NCBI RefSeq assembly: GCF_964355755.1
Contig: NC_092671.1
Coordinates: 25,618,070-25,682,069, forward strand
Reading direction: 5' to 3'
Length of the DNA: 64,000 nt
Source: Antedon mediterranea
Lineage: Eukaryota; Animalia; Echinodermata
Part shown: piece after piece, positions 13,701 through 26,199 of the stretch
How positions within the stretch are numbered: position 1 is the stretch's first letter
How the letters are laid out: each line of letters starts with the position of its first letter
Notes under the pieces: model-generated
The model's database searches: none
Told to the model about the DNA's origin: nothing
What the model saw: the letters and a program-made list of their open reading frames with translations, nothing else
Made by a program: the position numbers and the translations under genes

Positions 13701-16700
13701 AATCCTATGCTGAATGAATTCTATGCTGTATGAATCCTGTGCTGTATGAATCCTGTGCTGTATGAATTCTATGCTGTATGAATTCTATGCTGTATGAATC
13801 CTGTGCTGTATGAATCCTGTGCTGTATGAATCCTGTGCTGTATGAATCCTGTGCTGTATGAATCCTGTGCTGTATGGATTCTATGCTGTATGAATTCTAT
13901 GCTGTATGAATCCTGTGCTGTATGAATCCTATGCTGTATGAATCCTATGCTGTATGAATCCTATGCTGTATGAATCCTATGCTGGATGAATTCTATGCTG
14001 TATGAATTCTATGACCATCAGTACCAACTTTATTGCAATTCACCCTAGAGAAAATTAGACAACTTACTGTCGCACAATAGGAGGTATTTTGATAGACTTC
14101 ATCGGTAGAATGTGTTCAAGGTCATGGAGAAAATATACATAATCGATCTTCTGTCTGAACTTTGAACTTACAATGGGCTTGAATATGCCCATTAATATTC
14201 GTAACATATATGAAGGATGCACGAAGTATAGAGCCTTTAGGTTCTTCTTGTATCTGCAAAGAAAAATATCTTTATTAAGATAATGAAGAGTCAGATGTTG
14301 TTGTCATTTATAATGTACATATGAAATTGTTGCGTAAGAAATAGATGTTTAGAATAGATGGCTGTGTATGGTTAAGGATGCTATTTTTAACTTTAAATTA
14401 CAGAATAGATAAAATGTCTCTTAAAGAACAACTTTACTGGTAACCACAGTTTGAAAACAACATATTAAGGATGTTTTAATGATATCAGAACAATTGCAAG
14501 ATTTCCATTGTTCACTGATTGATTTGTATGTGATGACACCTGGAATGCATAGGAAATCTAATGAGTTTTACACTGTTGTTTACATATAAGTACAGCTATC
14601 ACTTTAACTTACATATATTATTTTAGGCTGAGGGAGTAGAAAAGAAAAATCATGACTTCTAGAGGCCAATTTACACAGACGAGCGGTAATGCTCTGAAAA
14701 CACATAGCTTGTCCCACAAAGAATCTCTATCTATCCTAAGCAGATACCGCCCATCCGCATAAGAAATTTATATATTCTATATTTTTGTTTTCCGCTTACC
14801 ATTACCGCTCGTCTGTGGTAAATAAGCATTAACATAGACACTACTGTACCTCAGAATTGAACCAGGGACCGTGTGATTGGAAGAAAAATATGGAATGGAA
14901 AACACCAAGCTACAACTTGTAGACATTTTGTAAAGGCATACAAGGTATACTTGACAGAAACCAAACACCCCTAGGAAATTACTTTTTAAGACCTACTTTC
15001 TTTCTAGTTCTCTGTAGGCTTGAACCAACCACTTCAAGGAGGGTCTGTTACTCTGAGTGAGCCCATACTGAAATACCACCAATGTGTAATCATTTTCCAC
15101 ATACTGATTTAGTGTATACTGCAAGAACCTATAAAGTGAAAAGTAAAATCTATCTGAATCTTGGTGATGGTTTACAATACAGTGCATGCATTATAAAATC
15201 AAATTGCTATTTATAAGTTGTGCAAATAGTAACAAACTGGTTTGTTGGTTTAACAATTTCTGTGTGTAAAAAAGCTCCATGGTTCATGTGTGTTGATTGT
15301 ACAATAGAGTAGACTTTTTCACAGGGTGGTTAAAATGTGAAAAAGTCTGTGAACCAACATGGGTACTGTACAGTTACCCGGGTATTATCCCAACCCTTCT
15401 ATTCTAGGCCCACTCTGTCCAAATGTTAAATTGTACACTGGGACTTTGCCAGGGGTATGTTTGCAAAGGTGATCGTAAAGTCGGGAGTGGGATTATAGCT
15501 GATGTGGGTACAGTACATTTTTCATACAAAAACCAAATAAATAGGTTTTCATCATAGACAGGACAACCCTTTATGTTTATCTTCAATGAAAATATTATTA
15601 ATACAAATCCATTGAAAAAAATTTAACATTTAATGATCAAATACTACAATAACGAGTATAAATAATCTACCTCCTACCCTATTAAAGGAATTTCCTACTT
15701 AATTACAAAAAGCCGACGGAATAAAATATTTCTGCCTTACCCTAAAAGACGTGTTTGGTTGTATTCCTTACTTGATGGTAAATTAGAGCAGAAAAAAAGA
15801 ATCAATTTCCGACCCACACGGTCATCTCCTGCAAGAAGAAAAAAAAAGTATACTGATGTATTATTATCCTAATAATAGGAATTCACTTAATCAGTGAAAG
15901 CAAAAACATCACACGAATTACTGTAGCTAGCATCATACAAAATTGAAAATAAAGTAATAAGCATCTACTACAGCAGTCATCAGAACGTTTGTCCTGGTTT
16001 TTACACGCCCAACCATAGAGTATTAATAAAGTTACTTGTAATGTATGTACTCATTATTCCAGTCTAATCATGAATCTTGCAATATTTTTTTTTAATACAT
16101 TTTAATAAATTTGACAATTTTGGGGTTGGGTTTAGTTGGTGTAAATGAAACTTTGTATTCATTCAGTATTTTATTATTCAACTTCTGTTTCCAACAATAG
16201 TCAATATAAACAATTAATTTTTATTATCACTACTGTAAATAATCACTGTATACATTTTATAATACATTTTTTTTTGTAAAAATCACTGTAAATACGCATT
16301 TATGGTTACCATTATAATACCAAAAACATGTACAATTGATTGAATAAAGTTCACATAAATTGCTAAATATGGCCTACCGAAGCAGTTTTCAGTTTGATAC
16401 CACAACAGAAAAAAAACCCCTAAAAATGGAGGATTTAAAAAAAAAAAAATCTTTAGTTGGTCTTGTATTTAATATTAATATGTTAATTAGTGGTTGTATA
16501 ATTTATTCTTACTCTGTATTTGTTCTATTATTTGTGGAATTATATTATATTATAACTTTAAAATTTAGCAACTTTTAAAATTTTATGTATTTTAACCTAA
16601 TATGTTACTACATCATACCTGATAATGTTATATCCTGTATAAATATGTTTTAAATAAAATAAAATTAGGTTAGACTGAGTTTTTAAAAACATCATATTTA

Positions 16701-19700
16701 AAGGGATTAGGCCAAGTTGAGCCGCCGCCAGAAAAACGTTATTTTCTATGAAACGCCAAATGCTAACTTTCTCCGGTGCTCGTTTTTTATTGGGGATAAC
16801 AATGTATATTCAAAAGTTTATGTATATAGCCTATATCACGGTTTTTAGTATATATTATTTAATATTATTAAATATTACAATTAAAGAAATAATTATGAAA
16901 ATCTGACTTGTAGATTCCAAAATATAAGGCCTAAAACATCACCGAAAATGATCGTTTTTAGCCAAAAATTACTTAAACATGTTTTCCCTCTACAGGCGGC
17001 AGTTGTATGAACTAGGCCTACTCCATTTTCGGTAAAATAATTACATCATAAAATCACCGTTTTTTAGTAAAATATTTTGTGTATTAAAATTGTAAAATTC
17101 AATAAAATATGATATTAAAAGATAGTAAATAAAAAATAATAATTATTTAACCTCATTCGAAGAACATCAATACTCTATTTAGGTCTAGGCCTAGTCCTGA
17201 GAGACAATGTGATTTTTACGTGGTAGGCCAAACATATTATAGAGTGCACTGCATTTTTACATTGAAATTATTAAATATGACTAGGAGCCTATGGTACTTT
17301 CCTTTGCTGTTTTGTTATGGCGGTTCAAACCAATAAAATTGTAGTATGTAATTATATATTATTTATTTTCATGACACAATAAACCTAAGACCATGAACTT
17401 ATGTGCTATAAGGACACCACTCTAATCACTAGGCGAAATGTCGTAAAAGACGCACCGGGCGTTTCATAGAAATTACCGGCGGCTCAACTCGTCGGCGGCC
17501 CAACCGTTCATATCCCATTTAAAGTACAGTACAGGTTGCTTTTGAAGTCATAGTCATATATACTTTATTGTCCATTTAAAAAACTGAAATGTGATTTGAA
17601 AACTGGCAAAATACAAAAATATAAAATACAATTTACAAAAACACACACAAAAAGTTAAGAGGCTAAAAATTGTTAAAATTAGATAAAAATTATCGGTTAC
17701 ATTTTACCTTTGTACTCTGGAGTTATATAAGTGTATAGCATTAGGTACAAACGAGCACCTAAACCGTTTTGTTTTGGTATTAAGTGCACGTAGTCTTATG
17801 CCAGAATTCATGAGAGCAAATTGTTTGTGAAGAGGATGTGTTTCATCATCAATGATACTTTTTACTTTTTTTAACACATTTTCTTTATACAAGGATTCAA
17901 CATCAGGTAAGTGCTCTCCTACTAGTCTAATTGCTCTATTTCCTATTCGATTAAGTTTAATTTTATCTTTTTGCATTGTATTACCATAAAAACAAACATT
18001 ACAAAAAAGTATTGAAATGACAATCTTTGACTTTTTGTTTAAATTAGATAGTTGGTGTTTTGTATAATTTTTGTTTTGCAGAAACTGAATTTAAATCAAA
18101 TTAAACGTTCTCCAGTTATAATTTGCATTATGATTCTTCAATGGATTTTCACATTCTGAGTAAGTATTAACATTGAACACTGAATCCAATTCTCAATTAG
18201 CATAAAATCCACAAGCATCATGACATTGCAAGAGGGATTCATGGGAAGTCTTTAGTACAAAGGTATGATAATGAGAAAGAAATTACAAATTTAATTAAAA
18301 TTAATTGCAACAGTATTTAAAATGTATTGGCTTGGAATTGAGCCAATTCTTGACGATGAAAATCTATTTTGTGGCCAAATGCGTGAAATTTTTGTTCATA
18401 ATCATATGACATATACTGGAACATTAAAGATATATTGTACTCCTGAAAAAATAATTTTTTAAATTGTTAATGAATATTATATGCCATTTTAATTTCACAT
18501 ATAGATCACCAAAACCATGATTTATTTAGCAAACAATAATCAAATTGTCTGTCGGTGAATTGTTTTGAAAAAAAATTAAATTTGTTATTTGTTTCGTCTT
18601 TTTATAAAGTGAAATAAATATTTATGTTTGTTTTTCCCCCTATGGAACTAAATAACTTCATAACTGCAAAATGGCCCATTAAAGTGTGATTTTAATTAAT
18701 TATTAATTTATTATGATTTTGGGGGACAAAATATCGCTTTAAAATTGTGTAAACAAGGAAATGATAAGTTTTACAAATTTTTAAAATACATCATTACACA
18801 GTCTGAACCTCTATCGACGGAACCAACCTCCTATAAGCGGTTACCTCTCGTAAGCAGCAAATGCTTCAAACAGGAGGTTCAACTGTAGTTGTTGAATCAT
18901 TTAAATCATTAATCTATTTGATAAATTAGACATTTTTTCTGTTTCACATTCAACATGATACTTTTACTGATTTTACCCTGATTTTACAGCAATGGTTAGC
19001 CTACAATGCAATACAAATAGTTTTTTTGGTCTTTGTGTTCGCCAATGTTTTGTTGACGATTGGTATAGTATTCAAAACTGGGTCTGCATTAATTAGCATT
19101 GTGTTTAGATACCTGCTACTTGAATGATGCCATATTTGGCAATATCTTCAAACGTGTCCTCCTCAGCATCTGTGCTAATGTTGCCCTGCATGTCTGTATC
19201 ATCTGTATCCTCGTCAAGCCACTCTTGAGCACTTGCCTCCTCGTCCGAGTGAAATTCTGAAAATTTTTATTCATTTGTTAACCTAATGCACAATTAAAAG
19301 GCATGTTTTTGTTGCTACCAAATTTTTCTTTAAAATAAAAAGTAGACACAGAATATATATTATTATTATTTTTCTTTATATATAAAGGACTTACAAGGAC
19401 ATGTAGACACTAACACAATAACAAACCATCCTGCCATAAACAGACAAAAATGGAAACAAATTGTGGAAAGTGTAATGTCGGAAGACGGAAAACATTAAGA
19501 AGAAGAGAAGAAGAATATAGTGCATAAAAATTACATTCAAATTATGTTGTCTAGTTAATAATTGAGAAAAAAACAGACATTAGGAAGGAATTTCATTTAG
19601 TAGCGGGATGATTCGGCCCCGAGACGATTTGGTTCAGAGAAGATCCAGCCCATTTTGTCGACTTTACAATATAAGCCTACAGTATGCATTTTATAAACAT

Positions 19701-22317
19701 TAAAAATTATTTGTAAATAACCATAATATGTTTGGTTTTAATTTCAGATAGACTGTGGGAGTAGTACCTGACATAAAAAATGTAATAAAGCAATCGGACT
19801 TGTTTCTAAAAAATTGCCGAAAATGGTCATTTTTCAGCCATGTGAACAATGTAAACAAATTGCTCTCTGGCAAATAAATGAATAATATTATTATCGAAAA
19901 ATAATTGAATTAAAATTACATTTTAGTAATTTATATAAACATTGAAAATATCATTAAAATCCATAAAAAAATGTTCCTACCATAAGGAAAAAAATAGTAG
20001 AGTACTTTCACTTTTGATTAAAACACATTGTTTCAGCGCCATGACATTATTGTTTAGTGTTGTTCTATTAAGCGGTATGACAGAGGCGGTTCTAAGGGGG
20101 CGCACCCTTATACCAGCACAAAAAAACTGTGAGTTTAAAACCACCATTTATATAATAAAATAGCCTAAATATGTTGTCAATAGTAATTTGAAATTGTTGG
20201 GATACTGTCTGGGGCAACTTACATGATAAAGTTGCTGTCAATGGTATTTTTATGCATCCCAATGTGTAACAGTTACAATGCAAAATAAATTATCAGTGTG
20301 GCTCTTCACATGATTAAACCTTGTTTGGCCCAAATGGCATTTTATGTCTACTGTCTGGGGCAACTTACAGGATAAAGTTGCTGTCATCCAATTGGTATTT
20401 TTGTGCACCCTAATGTGTGGTAGTTACAATGCAAAAAGGAATTTACTGTGTGGCTCTGTACATGAATAACACCATTTTTGAGTGGTCACTTGGGGCTACC
20501 GTCTTGGGCAGGATAAAGTTGCTATCATTGCTGTTTTAACATATAAACATATGAGGAAGATATCTAACAACTTTTATCCGTGTGGCTTTTCACATGATTA
20601 AATCCATTTCTTACCCCTCCTATTTGGTGTCACTAGGGAAAATTTACAGGATATGACCAGGCAGCAATATTGATTATTGAATTATAGCTATATATCTACA
20701 TAATAAGCCCATCAAACCTTTTGTGGCTTTTTATATGAATAAACTTTCTGGGGGTCCGGTCTAAATTATTAATAACCATATTTTAATCTCAAATACATGG
20801 TCGCTTTAAATATACGCCGTGGTTAAGATTCCGGCACCGGAATTCAACTGCCCACCGTTAGGGAATCCGACACGCTATTGCGCATGCCCAGAGCGAAGTA
20901 ATTATAGCTTGCACTAGTGCCACAGACCGCGCACCACACCACCGAGAGAGTCGGACGTTGTTATAGGGATTTACTGTAGCCTAGTTAGTCGTTGCGTGGG
21001 GGAGAGAGCGATGGATGAAACTTGGCCTAGGCCATACATGAATTAAATAATTAAAATACGACTACGCCACACGTTAAAATAATTATTATGATATTGATAA
21101 GAATCAGTACTGTATCTATATAAGAATCGTAATGCTGTAATTTTATTAGACAGAGGAAGTATGAAGTTCGGAACGGGAGAAAAACACAGGCCTACCCAGT
21201 GGTATAACGCTTGCGTATTTCAAGAAATGTACGAAAAGTGAATATAGCGTAGCGTTGCAACCCCGACTTCCCGAACAGTTCTGTTTTTTTCACATCATGT
21301 CCGCGCAGCGGCTGCCGTCAGCAAATCAACTTGTACTGTACATGTTATTACAGTATAATAATGCGTTATGAAATCTTTTATTTTGTACTTGAAAATCATA
21401 AAACTAGTCATGTAATTATAATTCATAATTATATGAAGTTTATATATAATATGAATGGGCTAGGCTAGTTCGCCGTGGTGCAGCTATTAATTGATCCATC
21501 GCTGTTAGCAAAGATAGTGTATTGTGATGCTGTGTTAGTCTGTAGATGATAGAGTATATACTATTAATAGAGTCGCCGATTACCTCGCTCTGGGCATGCG
21601 CAATAGCGTGTCGGATTCCCTAACGCTGGGCAGTTGAGTGCCGGAATCCTAACCACGGCGTTAAATCCATGACACGTTTTTTTCCTCACTAAATTCACAC
21701 ACATAATACCACATTACATTTCTATTTGAATATTAGAATTTATTAATATTAACTGGCACAAATAATCTATTTTATCAATATTTTCTTGATATTATCAATT
21801 ATTATTTGTGTGTTTTAGTTTTAGGCCTAGTCTAGGCCTACTGTTATTTGATACTGGCTTCTTCTTATTCTGTACCCATTTGTTTGTAAGCTTGACTGAA
21901 ATCATAATTTGGCCTTGGGCCCGGGCCTTGGCATATAGTCTGGGTATCCTGCCGAATATATTATATATACCTAGTCTAGGAAACAACATAAAAAACAACC
22001 TAGCCTACAGTAACCTAGGCACTGAACATATTCTAGCCGAGTTTAGTAGGTAGCACTAGGCTAGGCGCTCTAGGTAGTAGGCTAGTAGTAGTTGTAGGCC
22101 TACTTGTACTGATTTTCAAGAAGTGTTATTGCTACTCACGCAGCCTGGCGCTAGCGGTTTTCACAACATCTTCTTCGAAATTTTCAAGCTGACGTTCATT
22201 TTTGTCACCATCCATACCACAGTATATATCGTCTCTGTTGTTGTCTAACTCTAGATCAGGGTCCAATAGTTCAGTATCTTCGCGATTATCACGACTAATA
22301 ATATTTACATTGGCCAT
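1495..22317 (-). CDS. ARHGAP1: Rho GTPase-activating protein 1/8-like (Sec14/BCH domain + RhoGAP domain), 11 coding exons, about 489 aa
   Basis: Exons 22317-22140, 19256-19113, 15828-15741, 15128-14997, 14253-14068, 11482-11369, 8918-8845, 5340-5263, 4663-4535, 3279-3170, 1731-1495 all have GT-AG borders with compatible phases (sum 1470 nt). Translation has BCH motifs (GDDRVGRKLILF, YVENDYTLV, YKKNLKALYFVHP) and RhoGAP motifs (EGVFRR arginine finger, [24 protein letters not shown]). Confidence 0.93.
2065..2172 (+). mobile_element. Penelope-like element 3' tail fragment
   Basis: Close match to 52751-52864 (ttttctggctgttt...gatccagcc...ttcagtaatttg), preceded by short TA repeats. Confidence 0.75.
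3170..3279 (-). CDS. ARHGAP1: ARHGAP1-like exon 10
   Basis: tttgcag/gtatgt; ...LVSEQLPDDNYMILDYLMKLLVE. Confidence 0.92.
3886..4262 (+). mobile_element. 3' end of a CR1/L2-type LINE
   Basis: Encodes a C-terminal ORF2-like motif (FPRLWEQIPNDIKDSQTISIFKAAL), then AATAAA and an (ATT)n tail. Confidence 0.6.
4535..4663 (-). CDS. ARHGAP1: ARHGAP1-like exon 9
   Basis: ccgcag/gtaagc; [35 protein letters not shown]. Confidence 0.93.
5263..5340 (-). CDS. ARHGAP1: ARHGAP1-like exon 8 (arginine finger)
   Basis: ctgcag/gtaatt; ALDVEGVFRRCPNAQIVKEVHQQFNNG. Confidence 0.93.
5741..8775. repeat. 40-bp tandem satellite, about 75 copies, in ARHGAP1 intron 7
   Basis: Unit GGTATAGAGTCAGTGTAATACTCCAAACTAGTGTTATGAT is directly visible. 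Confidence 0.98.
8845..8918 (-). CDS. ARHGAP1: ARHGAP1-like exon 7
   Basis: ttttcag/gtaact; LKKQCNGDPIPKVVRQCVTHLRQN, the start of the RhoGAP domain. Confidence 0.92.
9412..9805. repeat. 43-bp minisatellite, about 9 copies
   Basis: Unit ACAATTCATTCATACATAAGCCTCAATCACTGAACGCCAGTTA. Confidence 0.95.
11369..11482 (-). CDS. ARHGAP1: ARHGAP1-like exon 6 (linker)
   Basis: ttacag/gtgagt; HDDRELVR...PQTQQFNVPLE. Confidence 0.9.
12098..12271. mobile_element. Harbinger-like MITE; related copies near 3777-3860, 4266-4440 and 14662-14825
   Basis: TIRs AGGCCAATTTACACAGATGAG / CTCATCTCTGTAAATTGCCCT, with TWA-like flanks. Confidence 0.65.
13294..14013. repeat. 17-bp minisatellite, about 42 copies
   Basis: Unit CTGTATGAATCCTATG-type, directly visible. 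Confidence 0.97.
14068..14253 (-). CDS. ARHGAP1: ARHGAP1-like exon 5
   Basis: tttgcag/gtaagt; YKKNLKALYFVHPSYMLRILMGIFKPIVSSKFRQKI...IPPIVRQ. Confidence 0.93.
14997..15128 (-). CDS. ARHGAP1: ARHGAP1-like exon 4
   Basis: tttatag/gtaggt; FLQYTLNQYVENDYTLVVFQYGLTQSNRPSLKWLVQAYRELERK. Confidence 0.93.
15741..15828 (-). CDS. ARHGAP1: ARHGAP1-like exon 3
   Basis: ttcttgcag/gtaagg; GDDRVGRKLILFFCSNLPSSKEYNQTRLLG. Confidence 0.92.
16703..17516. mobile_element. Non-autonomous DNA transposon (GGG...CCC ends); partial second copy at about 36030-36966
   Basis: Imperfect TIRs GGGATTAGGCCAAGTTGAGCCGCCG / CGGCGGCCCAACCGTTCATATCCC, ATTTAAA on both flanks, near-identical right half at 36 kb. Confidence 0.75.
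17548..18020 (-). mobile_element. 3' fragment of a Rex1/Babar- or L2-like LINE
   Basis: ORF 17704-17976 (HPLHKQF...SGIRLRAL.TKTKRFRCSFVPNAIHLYN) is the typical LINE ORF2 C-terminus, followed by AATAAA and a short-repeat tail. Confidence 0.75.
18428..18738. mobile_element. Kolobok-like MITE
   Basis: TTAA on both sides, imperfect TIRs AGATATATTGTAC / GGACAAAATATCGCT. Similar ends at about 10793 and 47577. Confidence 0.5.
19113..19256 (-). CDS. ARHGAP1: ARHGAP1-like exon 2
   Basis: ttttcag acceptor, GT donor; ends FEDIAKYGIIQVA(G), the start of the BCH domain. Confidence 0.88.
20200..20740. repeat. Degenerate tandem repeat of about 150 bp
   Basis: CTGTCTGGGGCAACTTACA.GATAAAGTTGCTGTCA and TGTGGCT...CATGA.TAA recur 3-4 times. 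Confidence 0.65.
20814..21661. mobile_element. MITE with TIRs of about 85 bp
   Basis: ACGCCGTGGTTAAGATTCCGGCAC...GCGCATGCCCAGAGCGA is mirrored at 21583-21661. Confidence 0.85.
22140..22317 (-). CDS. ARHGAP1: ARHGAP1-like coding exon 1 (acidic N-terminus MANVNIISRD...)
   Basis: ATG at 22317, donor GTGAGT after 22140, phase 1 matches exon 2. Low-conservation region, so less certain than the domain exons. Confidence 0.75.
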
Positions 22318-23918
22318 TGTTTTATTTTCACCTACTTTACACACACCTCGCACATCACATTTACATTAAAAAAACCGAAAAGTAAAACTACGGTGAAAAA
22401 TACCGCCCTCTTATTTGTATATGTAGGAGAGGCTCACTAGAACGTAACGAAGGACGTAAACGCAACGCAAGCGTTTTAACCAATGACAAGCGAAGTTATA
22501 GACAGGGGTGGTGGAGAGGAGTTTATTTTTGTAGGTGTAGGCTAATATTGTAACAGTGTACAATCAAAATAACCCCCTAAATATGAAGCCATATGAATAT
22601 GAAGCCATATACATTTGATTATTATAAATTTGAATTAGTGTTTACCGACCGACCGAGACGTGACCGACCAACCTACCAACATAGTGAGCTATAGAGTCTT
22701 GTTGCACGCGATTAAAAACAACACAGTTGATCAAGAAGCGCCATAAATACAGTAAAAATTATATCACTCATACTTTTGGTAAATTGTAAAATAAATTATT
22801 CTTTATTGTAATTTATTGGGCCGTTTCGAGGAAATAAATAAACCCACCCGGGGCGTTTATTCAAGATGGAGTTTATTCCAATGATGTTCTAAGGGGGGAG
22901 TTTTTCAAATCGGGCCTTATTCTAATACGGTATATAGTTTCACATTTAGGACGTGCAGACAACAGTTCTTTTCTCGATATTTCTGGACTGGACACTGAGA
23001 GACTAGACAAAAGCAAATAATATACGTCTTTACTATTATTCCTACTGTCTGATTAAATAGAAACGCTATGATAAAATTACAACTAAGCAAATACTTTTGT
23101 TGTGGCCTATGAATAAACTCGATTATGAGTGTATAATCCGTACCTGCCTGCAGCGTATCTAAGCTAATTTAGTAGCACCGCTGAAGTTCTATTCTGGTAG
23201 TGTTATTACCTATTCTGTTGCGCTCTTTCTTGTGACTAATTTAGTGAAAAGTGCATTTCAGCAAAATAATGACTACCGATTTTAGGACAAACTTTATACA
23301 GCAGTTTCTGATCTAACAAGACATTGCTGTTTGTTTTAAGTTCTTATTTGTGACATTGTTTTCAAGATAATCTCAACAACAAAGCTTTTAGAGAGAAATC
23401 TTTAGTTATTTAACAGTATTGATTTATTTATGAATTAATTAGGATTTGGTCCTCAATGTCACATCAACGGATTTGGAAGTAGGCTACTTAATATTGACAA
23501 TGGATACAAAGACTCATTGACTAACAGAGAAAATTGTTAGACTGTTGTTGCCAAGGGTGGTGCTCAGAATGTGATAGATCTCAACACTTACGACTAGTCG
23601 AAAGTAGGTCTAAACTGCTCCACATCATAAGCCTAACTTCAAAGTTTTAAATTAAAACTAAGAACAGAATATAGTAACCTATCTTACGGATTTTACAGAT
23701 TGTAGATGAGGAATGTAATGGAACAAACGCTATTTGATACCACGAGTTCGGAAATATGTTTTATTTGCTATAGGCCTAAGCAATTGATAGACTTTTATTG
23801 TTTCCTTAATTAGAAGAATTTTAAAGCAGTTCACTTTACGAATTTAACACGTTTTGATAATAACTTCAAACAGGAGTTTTAAAATACAGTAGTGGATTGT
23901 CGGATAAACTGACCGAAT

Positions 23919-24635
23919 ATGAGACACGATAAGTGGATGTGCAGCAGAGGTTTAATAAGTAGGCCTACAAGACGGAAGGAACCACTTTGGCCAGTGCCAC
24001 GTAACATTTATCAACCAATTGTAACTGTCACAAAAAACGGGAACATAATACGTGATGAGTTGACAAGCACCATAAACGACACCGAATGGCCACAAGTTGT
24101 AGGAGCTTCAGCTCTACAAAAGGGTAAGCAAGTTGGGGTCAACTTTATGGACGTTGAATCCATCTATTCCGCTAAGATCCCGCCATACCGCCCCTCTCTT
24201 AAAAAACTACCAAATCTTAACGAAAGTGATACAGAGAGAAACTTTAATAATACAGTAAATAAAAGTAGCGTTCCTCGACTACCAATAATTGAGCCACTAC
24301 TTATGCCGCCAGGTGAGACGGTTCAGAGACCGTATAGCGAGGAAGGTCTACGTACGCACTCAAGTCAGCGACTACGAAAGAGGTTGTTCTCAATGGGGAT
24401 TTACAAGGCATGTACAGGGCACAGTGTGCCAACACCTTTCTGCGACGTTGTTGGGCAGAGGCATTGTGCGCGCTGTTTTGAACAGAGAAAAAGAATCGAA
24501 ATTGAAAAGAATTTAATTCCAATTGATATGTGGTCAGACGTTTCATTTAGTCGTCAGCAAGTATTTCCAAACTTTCCAATACATACGAGAAAGAAACCTG
24601 CATCACGCAATGCGTTGGGAGCATATTTGTCATAA
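23919..24635 (+). CDS. Uncharacterised intronless protein, 238 aa
   Basis: 717-nt non-repetitive ORF, more GC-rich than its flanks, with no TE motifs and AATAAA at 24714-24719. Head-to-head with the ARHGAP1-like gene. No family recognised. Confidence 0.6.
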   Translation: MRHDKWMCSRGLISRPTRRKEPLWPVPRNIYQPIVTVTKNGNIIRDELTSTINDTEWPQVVGASALQKGKQVGVNFMDVESIYSAKIPPYRPSLKKLPNLNESDTERNFNNTVNKSSVPRLPIIEPLLMPPGETVQRPYSEEGLRTHSSQRLRKRLFSMGIYKACTGHSVPTPFCDVVGQRHCARCFEQRKRIEIEKNLIPIDMWSDVSFSRQQVFPNFPIHTRKKPASRNALGAYLS

Positions 24636-25144
24636 ATATTGTACAAGAATTGTTACAACGTGGATCTTATCAATATTATACAGTACCCGTATTGAATCTT
24701 CCCTGGGATTTTCAATAAACGTATAACAATGGAAAAGACCAAACACAGTTTTTATTTTGCAGTTTACTGTAAAGAGGTATACTACTATAAATATAGTATA
24801 CTATCAAACCATGAAGATAACAGTCATACGTTTGCAATATTTCGGCGAACATTTTTGTTAATCCAATTTTTGTTTATTTTGGTAAATTCAAGCCAATTAA
24901 AAGATCGAATTAAAAAAAGGGGCTAGCTTTGTGTAACCCTGCCTGTTGTTCTTGCTGGAGAAAGACAAAGTCTTAAAAAGGGCCAGGTGCGGGAAAAACA
25001 TTTATGTCGATTATACATTCCAATAATTAGTGATCTAGTTCTATTATTTTCACTATGTTCCATAATTTTTGTGATTGTATTTTTGTTATACATGTTGAAG
25101 TATTTTCTATGGGGGATAGTTAAAATTACACAGTATACTTTCTA

Positions 25145-25235
25145 TTTTTAGTCGCGTGGACGCGACTCTATAGTTCACTATGTCGGTCGGTCTGTCTGTC
25201 GGTCCGGTATCACTATGCGTTTTAGCACGCGACTT
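25145..25235 (+). mobile_element. Short Helentron/DINE-like element
   Basis: T-run, AGTCGCGTG-CGCGACT palindrome, GTCG/GTCT microsatellite, CACGCGACT subTIR, GGCTGTTGGCC hairpin, T-run. Same family as 41433-42171 and about 22644-22717. Confidence 0.7.
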
Positions 25236-26199
25236 ATGGCTGTTGGCCTTGTTTTACAAATGTTGTAAATAGAAAGAAATTACTTCTATCTTCCACTTTT
25301 TATGAAGTCACCAGACATGCTATTATATAGGTTAAACTACCGAATAGCAGAACTTTGCCAAATTTAGTATTATAGTGACCATTTTAAGGGAAATTCATGT
25401 TTTTCCGTCATGATTTATGTTACACATATTTGATTTATGTACAATTAACCAATTATTTTCAATATTCATTTCTGTATACATGAGCTTTAAATGTTGCATA
25501 CTGCATACCTTTAACATTTTTAAAATGTTTTCTTCTGCTCTGCTAATTTTAGATAAAACTTTTAAAGTAAGTCTAGGCCCTATTCAAATTCATTATTGTA
25601 ATGAATTGCTATATTTATTTACTATTCTGTTATAATAATATGGAAGTAGTCAAACTTGTAATCCACACAAACCATATTTATTAAATAAATGACAATTATA
25701 CTGGTGAGTTGTGTACAATATATTGCAGTACAAAATAGCAGCAAGAGAAGCAAAACACGTACCGTATTTATTCGAATAAAAGCCTCGGCTCGTTTATTGA
25801 TCAGGAGGGGTTTTAGGGGGCGTTTATTCGTATCCATATATTATACAATGGCTCTGCAGCGCCAAAACGAAAACATTGTTTATTAAACGGGTCTAACAGA
25901 CTATCTGTCTGAATATTATCACATAGACTCCCTTCTCCCAGACGTGCTTATTACCAAATACCCATTTTCCAGCCGTAATAGAAGGTTCCGCGTGATCTAG
26001 TTTCGATAATGTTTCTGTCCTCTTGAATATAACTTCCTAAAGTTACTTGGCTCAATACTGTAAAATAATATTGCATGTGGTTTGCAATAGGCACATAATT
26101 CCCTCTGTTTGGTCCCACTATGTTACACTCTATGGTTTTGTCAAACATTGGATGTAATTGGATGAAAACATTATTTGTGTCTTCACCTGGATTTACTAT

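Noticed and set aside
14166-14171. Internal GTAAGT donor within ARHGAP1 exon 5
   Set aside because: Its use would shift the frame, and the conserved BCH sequence continues through it.
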